DNA from: Planctomycetota bacterium
GTDB lineage: Bacteria; Planctomycetota; PLA2; JAEUHO01
NCBI GenBank assembly: GCA_965222115.1
Contig: CBDCTJ010000007.1
Span: 1,664,001-1,728,000 of the forward strand
Reading direction: 5' to 3'
DNA: 64,000 nucleotides
Shown here: in pieces, positions 10,246-21,443 of the stretch
Layout: every line of letters begins with the position of its first letter
Numbering within the stretch: the stretch's first letter is position 1
Position numbers and translations under genes: made by a program
The notes under the pieces: model-generated
Databases searched by the model: none
The model's input: the letters and a program-made list of their open reading frames with translations, nothing else
What the model was told of the DNA's origin: nothing

Positions 10246-12200
10246 TTGCGCTCGGGCCCGCATTTGATTTGACACGGCCGTGGGCACTGTGGGGTCTACT
10301 ACTTGCCGTCCCCATTGTGTTGCTGCACCTCTACTTTCGCCGTCGAAAGCGCCAAACGGTTGCATTCCTGCCGCTATTTCGCGAGAGCCTGATTCAGACG
10401 AAGGACCTTCGGCGATGGCGACGCCTTCGCGACACGATGACGCTCGTCGCACGGCTTGGTGCGCTTGCATGCTTCGTTCTTGCACTTGCGGGGATACGAC
10501 CCATCACGTCAAAGTCGGTTCCCGAAGCGCTCGCGCTCGTGATCGACGCAGATATCACTACACGCGCCATAGAGAACGACGATCGTTCGCGTTATCGGCA
10601 CGCGCTCGATCGCGCGCGGGCATGGGTCGATGCCCAACCCGCCGTAGGCGGGCAAAATCGGTTTGCCGCACCGGTACTTGCTGTGCTTGCCCACGCGCCC
10701 TGTCGAGTCTGCATGGGACCGACGCGCGATCGTGGCGATGCGTTGCGTGAACTTGACAAACTTGCCAACGACGAACCCGCTTCTTTGACCACGTCGATTC
10801 GCGCGGCGACGTCGCTGGCCAATACATGGCTTACGAAACAAGAGCGCGGGCGTTTGGTCGTACTGACGAGTCGATCGATCGATGACGCGGGGGACATGCG
10901 TCCGGTGCCACGCGTCGTGGAGGGCATAGGGATTGCTCGGAACGACGCGGGGATTGAGGATCTCAGTTGGCAGCGTGATACAGAAAATTGGAAGGATCAG
11001 CTCGATGTGCGTGTCGCCTACTTTGGAACGACTTCTGCATCGTTTAAGGTGGGCGCGTATGCAGGCGAGAAAGCGCTTATAGAGCGTACAGTTGCATTTG
11101 ACGCACCGGGTCGTCAACGTCTAGAGCTTTCATTCGACCCTCCCGACGAAGAACAATGGGTGGACGTGCGGGTAGCGCTTGAGAATGACTGCTTCAGCTC
11201 GAACGATGTAGTGAGTTACTACTCGCCCGCACCGCGACGCCCAAGCCTACTGATCGTGCAGGACGGACGACCGCGTTGGTTCGTGGCGGCCGCGCGTGAT
11301 GCGCTCATCGAAGGCAAGGAGATTGACCTCGCAATGAGCGGCAGCGTGTCGCCCGAAAAACTTGCGCGCGCCGCGCCCCGCACCGTTGCCTTGATCGATG
11401 GCGTGCCACTTCCCAACGAAGCGTTGAGACCCGGGGCCTACATCTTTCTGGCGCCGTTCTCAGGTGCGCTGCCGTTTGAAGTGGGCAGAGACGTACAAGC
11501 GCCTCTGGTGTGGCGCACCGATGCCGATCACCCGCTCATGTTCGGCCTCGACTTCACCCGCACGTTCGCCGCGAAGGCCACCACCCTTCACGGCAAGGGA
11601 CTGCGCGCCTTGGCCTACGCCGAGGGACAGCCCGTCATTGCGGAGGGGGAGCGCGATGGCACTCGCTATGCCGCGCTCGGCATCCATCCCGAGAAATCGC
11701 TCCTCCCAATGCGTGCAGCGCTCCCGCTGTGGATTCGTAAGGCCGTGGATCGGCTTGGTGTGACGGATCGAGCGCCGTTCCGGCCGCTATACAAGACGGG
11801 GGATGTGGTGCGTCCCGAGGTGGACATTGGTTTTGCCGACGCGCGCATCGAAACGGTTGCTCCCGGGATGAATCCAAATCCGTCAGCGTTGCGAGCTGTA
11901 TTGAGTGCTGAATCGGCGTGGCGCATTCCCGTCGGTTTGCGTGGCAAATTTCAGGCTCGTGTATCCGATCGCGCATTTCCCTTCGGTGTGCTGGAGGTGG
12001 ATCCGCACCGCACCGTTGTGCCGACCCGACCGACGACGGCCATGCCTGGGCCCGCGTCCCCCGCGCCCGCTTCCCGCGCGAAACTCTGGCGACGCCTGTT
12101 GCTTGGTGCGGGGTTGACGTTGCTCGTGCTCGATTTGCTACTGACGATTACGGGACTGCGCCGCGAGCGGCGCCTCCGCATGCGTGTTGCCGCCGCGTAA
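10242..12200 (+). CDS. BatA-type N-terminal double-TM / vWA-like membrane protein
   Basis: PWALWGLLLAVPIVLLHLYFRRRKRQTVAFLPLF is a BatA-like N-terminus, followed by a degenerate vWA segment (LVIDADITT) and a C-terminal TM. GTG start overlaps the DUF58 stop. Confidence 0.75.
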   Translation: MIALGPAFDLTRPWALWGLLLAVPIVLLHLYFRRRKRQTVAFLPLFRESLIQTKDLRRWRRLRDTMTLVARLGALACFVLALAGIRPITSKSVPEALALVIDADITTRAIENDDRSRYRHALDRARAWVDAQPAVGGQNRFAAPVLAVLAHAPCRVCMGPTRDRGDALRELDKLANDEPASLTTSIRAATSLANTWLTKQERGRLVVLTSRSIDDAGDMRPVPRVVEGIGIARNDAGIEDLSWQRDTENWKDQLDVRVAYFGTTSASFKVGAYAGEKALIERTVAFDAPGRQRLELSFDPPDEEQWVDVRVALENDCFSSNDVVSYYSPAPRRPSLLIVQDGRPRWFVAAARDALIEGKEIDLAMSGSVSPEKLARAAPRTVALIDGVPLPNEALRPGAYIFLAPFSGALPFEVGRDVQAPLVWRTDADHPLMFGLDFTRTFAAKATTLHGKGLRALAYAEGQPVIAEGERDGTRYAALGIHPEKSLLPMRAALPLWIRKAVDRLGVTDRAPFRPLYKTGDVVRPEVDIGFADARIETVAPGMNPNPSALRAVLSAESAWRIPVGLRGKFQARVSDRAFPFGVLEVDPHRTVVPTRPTTAMPGPASPAPASRAKLWRRLLLGAGLTLLVLDLLLTITGLRRERRLRMRVAAA

Positions 12201-12217
12201 AGCGCCCGTTCTGCTTC

Positions 12218-12246
12218 TTGACATGGCCCGCGCCTCTGCATTGAAT
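12218..12246 (+). promoter_or_regulatory. putative sigma70-type promoter for guaB-guaA (possibly leaderless)
   Basis: TTGACA (12218-12223), 17 nt spacer, TTGAAT (12241-12246), then ATG 5 nt later. The -10 match is imperfect. Confidence 0.4.
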
Positions 12247-12251
12247 GGGAT

Positions 12252-13712
12252 ATGGAAACGCGCATACTCACGACCGCACTCACGTTTGACGACGTACTTC
12301 TTGTTCCGCTGCACAGTGCCGTTACGCCCGACTTGGCGCAGCTCCGCACGCGCTTTTCGCGTCGCGTCAATCTAAACATCCCGCTTGTCTCCGCGGCGAT
12401 GGACACCGTCACCGAAAGTGAAATGGCGATTGGTCTTGCACGCCTCGGCGGCCTCGGCGTCATTCACAAGAACCTTTCACCGGTGGATCAGGCCCGCGAA
12501 GTGCATTTGGTCAAGCGCAGTGTGAATGGCGTGATTGCCGATCCGGTCACATTGCCGCCCGACGCGCCAATCGAGCGTGCGCGCGAACTGATGGACGTGC
12601 ACCGCATTAGCGGCATTCCTATTGTGGAAGGCGCGCGCGTCGTTGGCATTCTCACGAGCCGCGACCTCAAGTTCATCAAGGACGTATCGCTGGTCTCTGA
12701 AGTCATGACGAAGGACGACTTGGTCACGGCATCGCCCGACACCGACCTTCAGAAGGCGCGTGATTTGCTTCAGCAGGCTAAAGTCGAGAAGCTCTTGCTG
12801 GTCGATGGCAATCAAAGGCTTCACGGCCTAATTACGATTCGCGACCTCGACAACTTGAGTCGTTATCCGGAAGCCAACTTGGATCCCAAGGGGCGGCTGA
12901 TTGCCGGGGCGGCCGTTGGCGTGATGGACGACGAACGCGTTGCCAAACTCGTGGATGCCCACGTGGATGTTGTGATTGTGGATACGGCCCACGGCCACTC
13001 CGACAACGTGATTGGCGCGGTAAAGCGCTACAAGGCGGCACACCCCAATATTGACGTCGTAGCGGGCAATGTGGGCACGTCGGAAGCCACCAAGGTGCTC
13101 ATTGACGCTGGGGCCGACGCCGTCAAAGTAGGAATCGGACCGGGAAGCATATGCACCACGCGTATTGTTGCGGGTTGTGGCGTGCCGCAACTCAGCGCTG
13201 TGGCGGCAGCGGCTTCGGTCGCACACGAGGCGGGCGTTCCGATTATTGCCGATGGGGGCATTCGCTTTAGCGGCGATGCGGTCAAAGCGCTCGCGGTGGG
13301 CGCGTCTTGCGTCATGCTTGGTGGACTATTTGCCGGTACCGATGAAAGTCCGGGTGAGTTGATCTATTACCAAGGCCGCACATTCAAGAGTGTGCGTGGC
13401 ATGGGGAGCATTGGCGCCATGATGGCGGGTAGCGCAGACCGCTATCAACAAGGCAGCACCACACAGCGCGAAAAATTCGTGCCGGAAGGCGTTGAAGGCC
13501 GTGTGCCCTACAAGGGAAGCCTCGCCAACTTTGCCTACCAAATGACCGGCGGTATTCGAAGTGGCATGGGCTACAGCGGTTGCGCCACGATTGAAGAACT
13601 GTGGACCAAGGCGCGCTTCGTGCGTGTGACCTCGGCGGGTGTGCGCGAGAGCCATCCCCACGACATCGCCATCACGCGCGAGTCGCCCAACTACATGGTG
13701 GAGCATCCCTAA
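12252..13712 (+). CDS. guaB: IMP dehydrogenase
   Basis: [19 protein letters not shown], a CBS pair, catalytic [39 protein letters not shown]. Confidence 0.98.
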   Translation: METRILTTALTFDDVLLVPLHSAVTPDLAQLRTRFSRRVNLNIPLVSAAMDTVTESEMAIGLARLGGLGVIHKNLSPVDQAREVHLVKRSVNGVIADPVTLPPDAPIERARELMDVHRISGIPIVEGARVVGILTSRDLKFIKDVSLVSEVMTKDDLVTASPDTDLQKARDLLQQAKVEKLLLVDGNQRLHGLITIRDLDNLSRYPEANLDPKGRLIAGAAVGVMDDERVAKLVDAHVDVVIVDTAHGHSDNVIGAVKRYKAAHPNIDVVAGNVGTSEATKVLIDAGADAVKVGIGPGSICTTRIVAGCGVPQLSAVAAAASVAHEAGVPIIADGGIRFSGDAVKALAVGASCVMLGGLFAGTDESPGELIYYQGRTFKSVRGMGSIGAMMAGSADRYQQGSTTQREKFVPEGVEGRVPYKGSLANFAYQMTGGIRSGMGYSGCATIEELWTKARFVRVTSAGVRESHPHDIAITRESPNYMVEHP

Positions 13713-15256
13713 TGCACCAACGTTTTTTGGTCGTTGATTTTGGAAGTCAATACGCCCAGTTGATCGCCCGACGTGTGCGAGAACTTCGTTGCCTTGCTGA
13801 GATCGTCATGCCATCCAACCTCGCGGAAGCCATGGCATCCGACGATGTGCAGGGTGTCATCTTCTCGGGAAGTCCTTGGAGTGCCTACGCCAAGGAAGCG
13901 CCCAGGGTTCCGGTCGATGTGTTCGATCGCGGAAAGCCCATTTTGGGTATTTGCTATGGCATGCAGCTAACGACGCACCTCTTGGGCGGCAAAGTGGCCG
14001 GTGCGCAGTCGCGCGAATATGGCCCCGCCTCCATCACGATCACAAACGGCAGCGATCCACTGTTCGAAGGGCTGGGCTCGACCATGGATGTGTGGATGAG
14101 TCACGGCGATCGCGTAGAGACGCTTCCTGAGGGATTCATGCCGCTCGCATCCACCGACAATGCGCCGCAAGCCGCGTGCCGTCACAACGATCGACCCATC
14201 TACGGCGTTCAGTTTCATCCCGAAGTTACCCACACCCCCCGTGGCACCGAGTTGTTGCGCAACTTCTTGTTTGGCGTTTGCGGTGCGAAGGGCGACTGGA
14301 CCATGAAGTCCTACGTCGAGGAGGCCACGGCGGCCATCCGCGAGAAGGTCGCGAGTGATGAGCAGGTCATTTGTGGACTCAGTGGTGGCGTTGACTCGAC
14401 GGTGGCGGCCGTGCTGATTCATCGAGCCATTGGCGATCGATTGACGTGCATCTTTGTTGACAATGGCATGTTGCGTAAGGGTGAGGCCGACGAAGTCGTC
14501 GAGGCATTTCGCGGCAAGTACAAGATTCCGCTACGCCATATCGATGCGCGATCGCGATTCTTAGATCAACTCAAGGATGTCGAGGATCCCGAGGTCAAAC
14601 GCAAGCGCATTGGCCACGTATTTGTAGATGTCTTTGCCGACGAAGCGAAAACAGTCGAGAATGCGGCGTGGTTGGCACAGGGCACGCTCTATCCCGATGT
14701 GATTGAAAGTCAGAGCGCATTCGGTGGTGCCAGCCAAACGATCAAGACGCATCACAATGTGGGCGGGCTGCCCGAGAAGCTCGGATTCAAATTACTGGAA
14801 CCCTTCCGGGATCTCTTCAAGGATGAAGTCCGCGAGATTGGTCGTGAGCTCGGCGTGCCCGACTTGTTTGTCGAGCGTCAGCCGTTTCCGGGTCCGGGTC
14901 TCGCGGTACGCATTACGGGTGACGTCAGTGAGCCGCGTTTGGCCATACTGCGTGAAGCCGATGCCATCGTTCGCGAAGAGATTGAAGCCGAAGAACTCCA
15001 CAAAGACCTCTGGCAGTACTTCGCCGTTTTGCTGCCGATCAACACCGTCGGCGTGATGGGCGACGAGCGAACCTACGAGCACGTGATTGCAGTACGCGCG
15101 GTTACCAGCGTGGATGCAATGACTGCGGATTGGGCCGACTTACCTCGCGGAACGCTTGCACGCATGAGCAATCGCATTATCAACGAGGTGCGTGGTGTGA
15201 ATCGCGTGGTCTACGACATCAGTACCAAGCCGCCGTCCACCATTGAGTGGGAATGA
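13712..15256 (+). CDS. guaA: GMP synthase (glutamine-hydrolysing)
   Basis: [63 protein letters not shown] 13712 overlaps the guaB TAA. Confidence 0.98.
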   Translation: MHQRFLVVDFGSQYAQLIARRVRELRCLAEIVMPSNLAEAMASDDVQGVIFSGSPWSAYAKEAPRVPVDVFDRGKPILGICYGMQLTTHLLGGKVAGAQSREYGPASITITNGSDPLFEGLGSTMDVWMSHGDRVETLPEGFMPLASTDNAPQAACRHNDRPIYGVQFHPEVTHTPRGTELLRNFLFGVCGAKGDWTMKSYVEEATAAIREKVASDEQVICGLSGGVDSTVAAVLIHRAIGDRLTCIFVDNGMLRKGEADEVVEAFRGKYKIPLRHIDARSRFLDQLKDVEDPEVKRKRIGHVFVDVFADEAKTVENAAWLAQGTLYPDVIESQSAFGGASQTIKTHHNVGGLPEKLGFKLLEPFRDLFKDEVREIGRELGVPDLFVERQPFPGPGLAVRITGDVSEPRLAILREADAIVREEIEAEELHKDLWQYFAVLLPINTVGVMGDERTYEHVIAVRAVTSVDAMTADWADLPRGTLARMSNRIINEVRGVNRVVYDISTKPPSTIEWE

Positions 15257-16221
15257 CGCACATGCGCGGGCGTGCCGTCACGCTGGCTGACATTGAGTCT
15301 GCCGCCGAGCGAATCGCGGGTTTCGCGTTGAAGACACCATTCGTGCGACTCGGTGCACTCGATGGCCGCGTTTATCTAAAGTGCGAAAACCTGCAGCACG
15401 TAGGTGCATTCAAGTATCGCGGCGCTACCAATGCCGTGCAGCGCTTGAGCAACGAGGATGCAGCGCGCGGCGTATTGACTCACAGTTCCGGAAATCACGC
15501 GCAGGCACTGGCCTTGGCGGCGAAGAAGCGCGACATTCACGCCTGGATTGTGATGCCGGAAAACGCTCCTGAGATCAAACGCGCAGGTGTGATTCGCTAT
15601 GGAGGCGAAGTCATCTCGTGCGAGTCCACCGTGGAAGCGCGTGAGCAAACGGCCCGTGAACTGTTGGCGAAGACGGGCGCTGTGTTCATCCACCCCTACG
15701 ACAATGACGCGATCATTGCGGGGCAGGGAACAACAGCGCTTGAGATGTTGGATCAAGCAAGCGCGTTGGGAGAGCAGCTCGATGCCGTGCTGGTTCCCGT
15801 TGGTGGTGGGGGACTCGCCAGTGGCGTGTCGACTGCTCTCAAAGAACGAGCACCACGTATCGACATATGGGGCGTGGAGCCCGAAGGCGCCGACGACGCG
15901 CGTCGCACGTTAGAACAGGAACGCATTGTCCCCGTAACCGAGTTGCCCGGCGGCAGTGCCAACACCATCTGCGACGGGCTGCGAACGAGCCTCTGCTCGC
16001 GCACCTTTCGTATTCTTCGCGAGAACCTGAGCGGCATTCTGACCGTGTCGGATAGTACCGTTCGATCCGCTATGGACCTACTGCTCGATGCAAACGACTT
16101 GACTGTGGAGCCTTCTGGTGCCGTGTGTGTGGCCGCGCTCATAGAGCACAGCGATCGTTTCAAGGATCGATGCGTGGCGGTGGTGTTGAGTGGGGGGAAT
16201 GTGGCGCCGAAATCAGGCTAG
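15253..16221 (+). CDS. PLP-dependent threonine/serine dehydratase or serine racemase family enzyme
   Basis: [43 protein letters not shown]. No ACT regulatory domain. Confidence 0.9.
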   Translation: MTHMRGRAVTLADIESAAERIAGFALKTPFVRLGALDGRVYLKCENLQHVGAFKYRGATNAVQRLSNEDAARGVLTHSSGNHAQALALAAKKRDIHAWIVMPENAPEIKRAGVIRYGGEVISCESTVEAREQTARELLAKTGAVFIHPYDNDAIIAGQGTTALEMLDQASALGEQLDAVLVPVGGGGLASGVSTALKERAPRIDIWGVEPEGADDARRTLEQERIVPVTELPGGSANTICDGLRTSLCSRTFRILRENLSGILTVSDSTVRSAMDLLLDANDLTVEPSGAVCVAALIEHSDRFKDRCVAVVLSGGNVAPKSG

Positions 16222-17622
16222 CTAGCCGCCGCCATTGTCTTCCACGCCCACCCGATCCTTCCCCTCGCGCTTGGCGTGCGAGAGGGCGCGGTCGGTGCGT
16301 CGAAGGACGGTGTCGAGTTCGTGGAGTTCGGAGGGATCAAAGGATGCGACGCCTGCGCTCACCGTGCATGTGAGTTCCTCGCCGCGGTAGTCGAGTACGC
16401 TGCTTCGCACGGCGCGTCGAACGCGGTTGGCGGCCGCTTGTGCTTCTTCGAGACCAATGCCGGGTGTGATGACCAAAAACTCATCGCCGCCGATGCGTCC
16501 TACGATGTCTTGGCCGCGCACGGACTGTTCGAGAACGTCGGCGATGTGACGCAGAAGCGCGTCGCCCGCGTCGTGGCCCATGGAGTCGTTGACGCGCTTG
16601 AAGTAGTCGCAATCGAGCAGAATGGCCGACGCGCGCGCGCCGCGGATACGACTGAGTCCGTCGGCCAATGACGAAAGTTCCTGTTCCAACCCGCGACGAT
16701 TCAGTTTGCCGGTCAGTGCGTCGTGGCGTGACTCGCGACGCAGGGCGTCGGCTCGCTTCATAAGTTCACGGCGCGCGCCGCGCTCGCGAGTAATGTCTAC
16801 GGCGAGCGCACCGACCTGTGAGACGTCGCCGGACTCGTTTTCGATGGGAAACGTGCGAATGCTCATCCAACGCGCACCGGTGTGGTCACGAAGTTCGACT
16901 TCGACGGTGGTTGGCATGGCATCAAATGCGCGTTGAAAGGCCCGCAGCACGGTGCCGCGATCCAGTTCCGTGATGCGGTCGTAGAATTGGGCGGCATCTT
17001 CGTATAACGATTCGCGCTTGACGCCCCACGTGTCTTCAAATTGCTGATTGGCGTAGTGAAACGTGCCCGTTTGGCGGTCGCATACGACCACTACCTCGTT
17101 CATCTGTTCGGCGAGCTCTCGAAACGCTTGTCCCCGTGCGGCCAAGAGAGCGTGGCCCAGCGGTGAGGGAGAAATGAACGAGACCATGAGTAGCGCGGCG
17201 GGTCGGCCTTTGGTTCGTTCCTGTCCGGGAAACGAACGAATGAGCATGCCTTCGCCCTCTTCGCACTCGAGAATGGCGTCGATCACATCATCGGAGGCAA
17301 GGGAACGTCTCACGGCGCGCGCACAGCTCGTTCCACGGAGTCCGAGACCGAGTTCGTCCAACACACCGCCAACATGTTTGGGTCGCAGTCCGAGCAACTT
17401 GCTTGCGCCCGCGGTGAAGTTCAATACGCGGCATGCGCCGTCGAGTGACACCAACGCCAATCCCGAGACGTGCAATGCGTCGGACCACGAAACGTGAGCC
17501 TCGGTCTCGCGCCGCTCCCGATGCTTGAGACGGCGCACAAGTGCGCGCAGGCGTGCATTTTCATCGCGCAGTCGCTGCGTTTCAGATTGCGACGGGGATT
17601 GAGGTGGTTGGGAGGCGTTCAC
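16222..17622 (-). CDS. PAS-PAS diguanylate cyclase
   Basis: HDALTGKLNRR, DCDYFKRVNDSMGHDAGD, I-site RGQD and intact GGDEF. An N-terminal coiled coil and two PAS-like segments precede it. Confidence 0.92.
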   Translation of the reverse strand: MNASQPPQSPSQSETQRLRDENARLRALVRRLKHRERRETEAHVSWSDALHVSGLALVSLDGACRVLNFTAGASKLLGLRPKHVGGVLDELGLGLRGTSCARAVRRSLASDDVIDAILECEEGEGMLIRSFPGQERTKGRPAALLMVSFISPSPLGHALLAARGQAFRELAEQMNEVVVVCDRQTGTFHYANQQFEDTWGVKRESLYEDAAQFYDRITELDRGTVLRAFQRAFDAMPTTVEVELRDHTGARWMSIRTFPIENESGDVSQVGALAVDITRERGARRELMKRADALRRESRHDALTGKLNRRGLEQELSSLADGLSRIRGARASAILLDCDYFKRVNDSMGHDAGDALLRHIADVLEQSVRGQDIVGRIGGDEFLVITPGIGLEEAQAAANRVRRAVRSSVLDYRGEELTCTVSAGVASFDPSELHELDTVLRRTDRALSHAKREGKDRVGVEDNGGG

Positions 17623-17669
17623 TGCCCAAGGTTACACAGACCCCGCGGCGGCTCAATCCCCGCGACCCC

Positions 17670-18239
17670 TCAATCTCCGCGAACGGTGCGCTCGGGGGGT
17701 CGAATAAATGCGTCGCGGTAGTACTGCAATTCGGCCAATGACTCTCGAATGTCGGCGAGGGCTTCATGACTGCCCGCCTTTTTAGGCGGGTCATAGGCGT
17801 GGGGGTACCAACGCCGTAACAACTCCTTCATGGTCGAGACATCGACGTTTCGATAGTGAAGCCAGTCGTGTACATCGCGCATATGGCGATAGAGAAACTG
17901 GCGATCGGTATGAATGGAGTTGCCGCAAAGTGGCGCCGTGCGTTTCGTGCAGTGGCGTTTGATGAATTTGAGCGTCTGCGTCTCGGCGTCGGCCAACAAT
18001 ACGTTGGAGGCACGCACGCGATCCAGGAGCCCTGACTCCCCGAAATGCTCGGCACTCCAATCGGACAGCGATTCAAGCTCGTTTTCGGAGTTGTGAATGA
18101 CCAGACATGGCCCCTCTTCAATCGGTCGAAGCTGGCTGTCCGTAATCAGTGTGGCGATCTCGAGAATGAAGCAGCGATCCGGGTCGAGCCCGGTCATCTC
18201 CAGGTCGATCCAAACTAGTTTGTCGTCGGTGCGGGGCAT
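17670..18239 (-). CDS. orn: oligoribonuclease
   Basis: LVWIDLEMTGLD, PLCGNSIHTDRQFL, HYRNVDVST, HEALADIRESLAEL. The true start is MPRTDDK at 18239. Confidence 0.97.
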   Translation of the reverse strand: MPRTDDKLVWIDLEMTGLDPDRCFILEIATLITDSQLRPIEEGPCLVIHNSENELESLSDWSAEHFGESGLLDRVRASNVLLADAETQTLKFIKRHCTKRTAPLCGNSIHTDRQFLYRHMRDVHDWLHYRNVDVSTMKELLRRWYPHAYDPPKKAGSHEALADIRESLAELQYYRDAFIRPPERTVRGD

Positions 18240-18387
18240 GGGGGGAGGGTAGGGGCGACTGTGGGCCTGTAAAAGCAAAGTCGCAACGACGGCGACGTGC
18301 ACTTCTCTTCGAGGCTCGCGAGGCCTTGCACTGGCTTTGCAGGGAGGTGAGAATCCGCATCTCTGGTGAGATGTTGGAGACGCCGAC

Positions 18388-21300
18388 GTGAGTGATCGAT
18401 TTTCTGTGGACTTCGAGGGCAAGACGCTTGAAGGCGAGTATGGCAAATACCGTGTGATCGAGAAGATCGACGAAGGCGGCATGGGGAGCGTCTACAGCGG
18501 AAGGAACCTCAACCTCAAAACGAAGGTTGTGATCAAGGTGCCCCACACACGTTTTTTGGGCGAGCCGGGGTTTCGAGATCGTTTCGCGCGTGAGATTGAA
18601 CGGCTCATCGGATTGTCCCATCCCCATATCTGTCGAATCCAGGCGCGCGGCGAGCACGACGGCGTACCCTTTTTCATTCTCGACTTTCTTGCGGGTGGGT
18701 CGCTCGATCACAAATTCAAGCGCGCCGCGGTTGGTGGACCGAAGCAAACGATGGAAGAAATCCTCGACTGGTTTCCAAAGATTGCCGAGACCCTTGACTT
18801 TATTCATAAACGCGGTGTTGTGCACCGTGATGTCAAGCCAGGGAATATTCTCTTTGATGATTTTGAAAACGTGTACTTGAGCGACTTTGGTATCGCCAAG
18901 GCCGTGGGCGAAGAAGTTCAAGAAACGTCGTTGACGGCAACCGGCGGTGGTATTGGTTCACCGCTCTACATGTCACCCGAGCAAGGACTTGGACGCGCCA
19001 TGGAGGGACAGTCCGACCAGTATGCGCTCGCGGCAACTGTGTATCAGGCCTTGAGTGGCAAGCCGCCCTTTAGCAAGGGCACGGCGATGGAACTCATCAT
19101 TCAAAAGGCGCAACAGATACCCCCGGCGCTCAGTCGAATCGCACCGCAAGTTCCGGAGGCTGTGTCGGACGTTGTCATGCGCGCACTCTCCGTCGCACCT
19201 CAGGAGCGGTTTGCATCATGCAGAGACTTTGTTGCCGCCTATCAAGACGCCATGCGGCTGGCGCAAACGCAGCAGCCCACGCGGCCTGTCACGCCGGTAC
19301 ATCAAACCGGCCATACAAGTCGGAACCATCCTCCACAGGTGTCGCCCGCTGCGTTCGACCATGGTGGGGCCCCGCGTCGCCGACGCGATCCCACGCGTGA
19401 ACATGTCGTGCCCGCCGCGACGCGGCCCGCAAGGCATGGCGCCTACGATCGACCGCCATCGAAACGCGTCCCAAGGCGTCCCACCAGGGAATCGCGCGAC
19501 AACGCAAAGTCGATGGCCATCCTTGGATGGGGAATTGCTGCGCTGCTGCTGATGGGCGTGCTGTTCTTTGTCCTTCAGAACAAGGACAACGATACAGGCA
19601 CGCAAGCGGCTAACGCCGGGAAGGAAGGCCGCGCTTCAAACCGGAAGAACAATGCATCGGACGGCACATCAGGCAAGCGTTCTACAACGAGCAAGACGCA
19701 GCCTGAGAAGAATCGTGTGTTCAAGGCGCACGACGTAACCCCGCCAACGCTACACGTTAGTGAGCCTGCTCTAAATAGGCAGCGATTGAATAGCCGCTAC
19801 TTTTCCATCAAGGGGAGGGCACTTGACGGGGGTGCTGGCAGCTCGGGGTTGGCACGAGTTACGTTCGTGCTCAAGAATGCGAAGGAGGGCGGCGAGCCCG
19901 GCGTCGTTACCGAGAAAGTCCTTCGAGACGATGGCACGTTTACTGCGAAGGGCGGACTGTTCTCCCACGGAGCCTATAGGCTCATCGTGACAGCCATCGA
20001 TAAGCAGGGTCTCGAAGCGACGGCCACGCGTCATCTCGAGTGGCTTCCACCGAAACCGTGGGAGCAACATCTAGCCGCTGCAAAGCGTGCATTCGCAGGC
20101 GGTGACTTGACGAGCGTCAAGGAGGCGTTGGCGCGGGCGCGCAAGCATGGCGTACGCGAACGAGACATTCCGAAGAATATTGTTGAGGCCATTAAGAAAT
20201 CGGAGAAGTTGCCCGACTGGTCGCTCACTGCGCCTCAGCCCAATCAGGCCATTACTGGAAAGAAGCTCGTCGTGAGTGGCTCCTTTCAAGCCACGCGAGA
20301 GGGCGATCATCTGCGTGTCACCTTTGATGGCACCACGGAGACGGCGCGGGTGGATGAGGACGGCAACTTTATGGTCGCCTTTCTTGTGCCCAACTCGCCC
20401 GGCACGCATCGCATCATGCTGCGAGCGTTCGATGCTAACGGCAGTCCGCGAGGCGAGCCACGGTGGCGCAATGTTGACGTGAAAGTAGACGCAGCGTCGC
20501 TGCGCGCCAAGCAGCTCAAGGCGTACAACGCACCGGCCATCCACAAGACCGGCATCGAAGGATTGGATTTCGTGTTCATTCCCGCGGGCACGTTTAGGAG
20601 GAAAGGGGAGACGATTACGATTTCTACACCGTTCTATATGGCGACGCACGAACTCACGAATAGCCAGTTCAATGCACGTCGCGATTCATCGGGACGTCGT
20701 GGCCGGCGCGAAAGCGGTGAGATACTCACCAAGCGAGATCTAAGCAGTCGAAATCAACCCGTCGTGGGCTTGCGCTACATCGACATGATGGGCAGCCGTA
20801 AGAAGGGTCTGAAGGGGTATGTGGGGTGGCTCAATGAGCGGGGCCGTCAGCACACAATGCGGGGACGCTACGATCTGCCGACCGAAGCCGAGTGGGAATA
20901 CGCGTGTCGCGCCGGCACGTCGGGCCAGCACTATTGGTCGGGCGGGAAACAGGTCGGTCATAAGTGGGCCAATGCAGCGGATCCTGCCTTGCTCAAGGCG
21001 TGGCGTGAGCTCAAAAAGTCGATTACCGGTTGGGACGCGCCGGACGGATACAAGGTGACGGCGCCCGTAGGTCAGTATCCTCCCAATCCGTGGGGCCTAT
21101 ACGACATGCTGGGCAATGCCGCGGAGTGGTGCAAGGACTGGTACAGCCCAAGCTACATGGCGGGTCAACGTGTGGATCCCCACGGACCTGATGCGGGGGC
21201 CGAACGCGTTACGCGGGGCGGCTCGTGGAGTGATGGGTTTATCTACGTCAATTGTACGGCGCGACGTGCGATGCCGATGGACTACAAAGAATTCGATCCC

Positions 21301-21423
21301 AAGTCAAGGCCGTCTGAGTCGTATCTTCGCGCCTATCGCATAAAGGAGCGTTTACGTTTTCAAAAGATCGGCGTGCGCCTCGTATTCCGCCCCGAGCATT
21401 TTCAGCGCTGGGAGCCCAAGTAG
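18388..21423 (+). CDS. membrane Ser/Thr kinase with extracytoplasmic Ig-like and FGE-sulfatase (SUMF1) domains
   Basis: EGGMG, VVIK, HRDVKPGN, DFG, SPE, then TM ILGWGIAALLLMGVLFFVL. The C-terminus has LPTEAEWEYACRAG, PNPWGLYDMLGNAAEW and RGGSW. Confidence 0.92.
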   Translation: MSDRFSVDFEGKTLEGEYGKYRVIEKIDEGGMGSVYSGRNLNLKTKVVIKVPHTRFLGEPGFRDRFAREIERLIGLSHPHICRIQARGEHDGVPFFILDFLAGGSLDHKFKRAAVGGPKQTMEEILDWFPKIAETLDFIHKRGVVHRDVKPGNILFDDFENVYLSDFGIAKAVGEEVQETSLTATGGGIGSPLYMSPEQGLGRAMEGQSDQYALAATVYQALSGKPPFSKGTAMELIIQKAQQIPPALSRIAPQVPEAVSDVVMRALSVAPQERFASCRDFVAAYQDAMRLAQTQQPTRPVTPVHQTGHTSRNHPPQVSPAAFDHGGAPRRRRDPTREHVVPAATRPARHGAYDRPPSKRVPRRPTRESRDNAKSMAILGWGIAALLLMGVLFFVLQNKDNDTGTQAANAGKEGRASNRKNNASDGTSGKRSTTSKTQPEKNRVFKAHDVTPPTLHVSEPALNRQRLNSRYFSIKGRALDGGAGSSGLARVTFVLKNAKEGGEPGVVTEKVLRDDGTFTAKGGLFSHGAYRLIVTAIDKQGLEATATRHLEWLPPKPWEQHLAAAKRAFAGGDLTSVKEALARARKHGVRERDIPKNIVEAIKKSEKLPDWSLTAPQPNQAITGKKLVVSGSFQATREGDHLRVTFDGTTETARVDEDGNFMVAFLVPNSPGTHRIMLRAFDANGSPRGEPRWRNVDVKVDAASLRAKQLKAYNAPAIHKTGIEGLDFVFIPAGTFRRKGETITISTPFYMATHELTNSQFNARRDSSGRRGRRESGEILTKRDLSSRNQPVVGLRYIDMMGSRKKGLKGYVGWLNERGRQHTMRGRYDLPTEAEWEYACRAGTSGQHYWSGGKQVGHKWANAADPALLKAWRELKKSITGWDAPDGYKVTAPVGQYPPNPWGLYDMLGNAAEWCKDWYSPSYMAGQRVDPHGPDAGAERVTRGGSWSDGFIYVNCTARRAMPMDYKEFDPKSRPSESYLRAYRIKERLRFQKIGVRLVFRPEHFQRWEPK

Positions 21424-21443
21424 TTCATAAACTGCGTGGTGCT

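Noticed and set aside
21200-21423. Diversity-generating retroelement variable region in the FGE domain
   Set aside because: No template repeat or reverse transcriptase is visible in the window. A remote DGR cannot be excluded.
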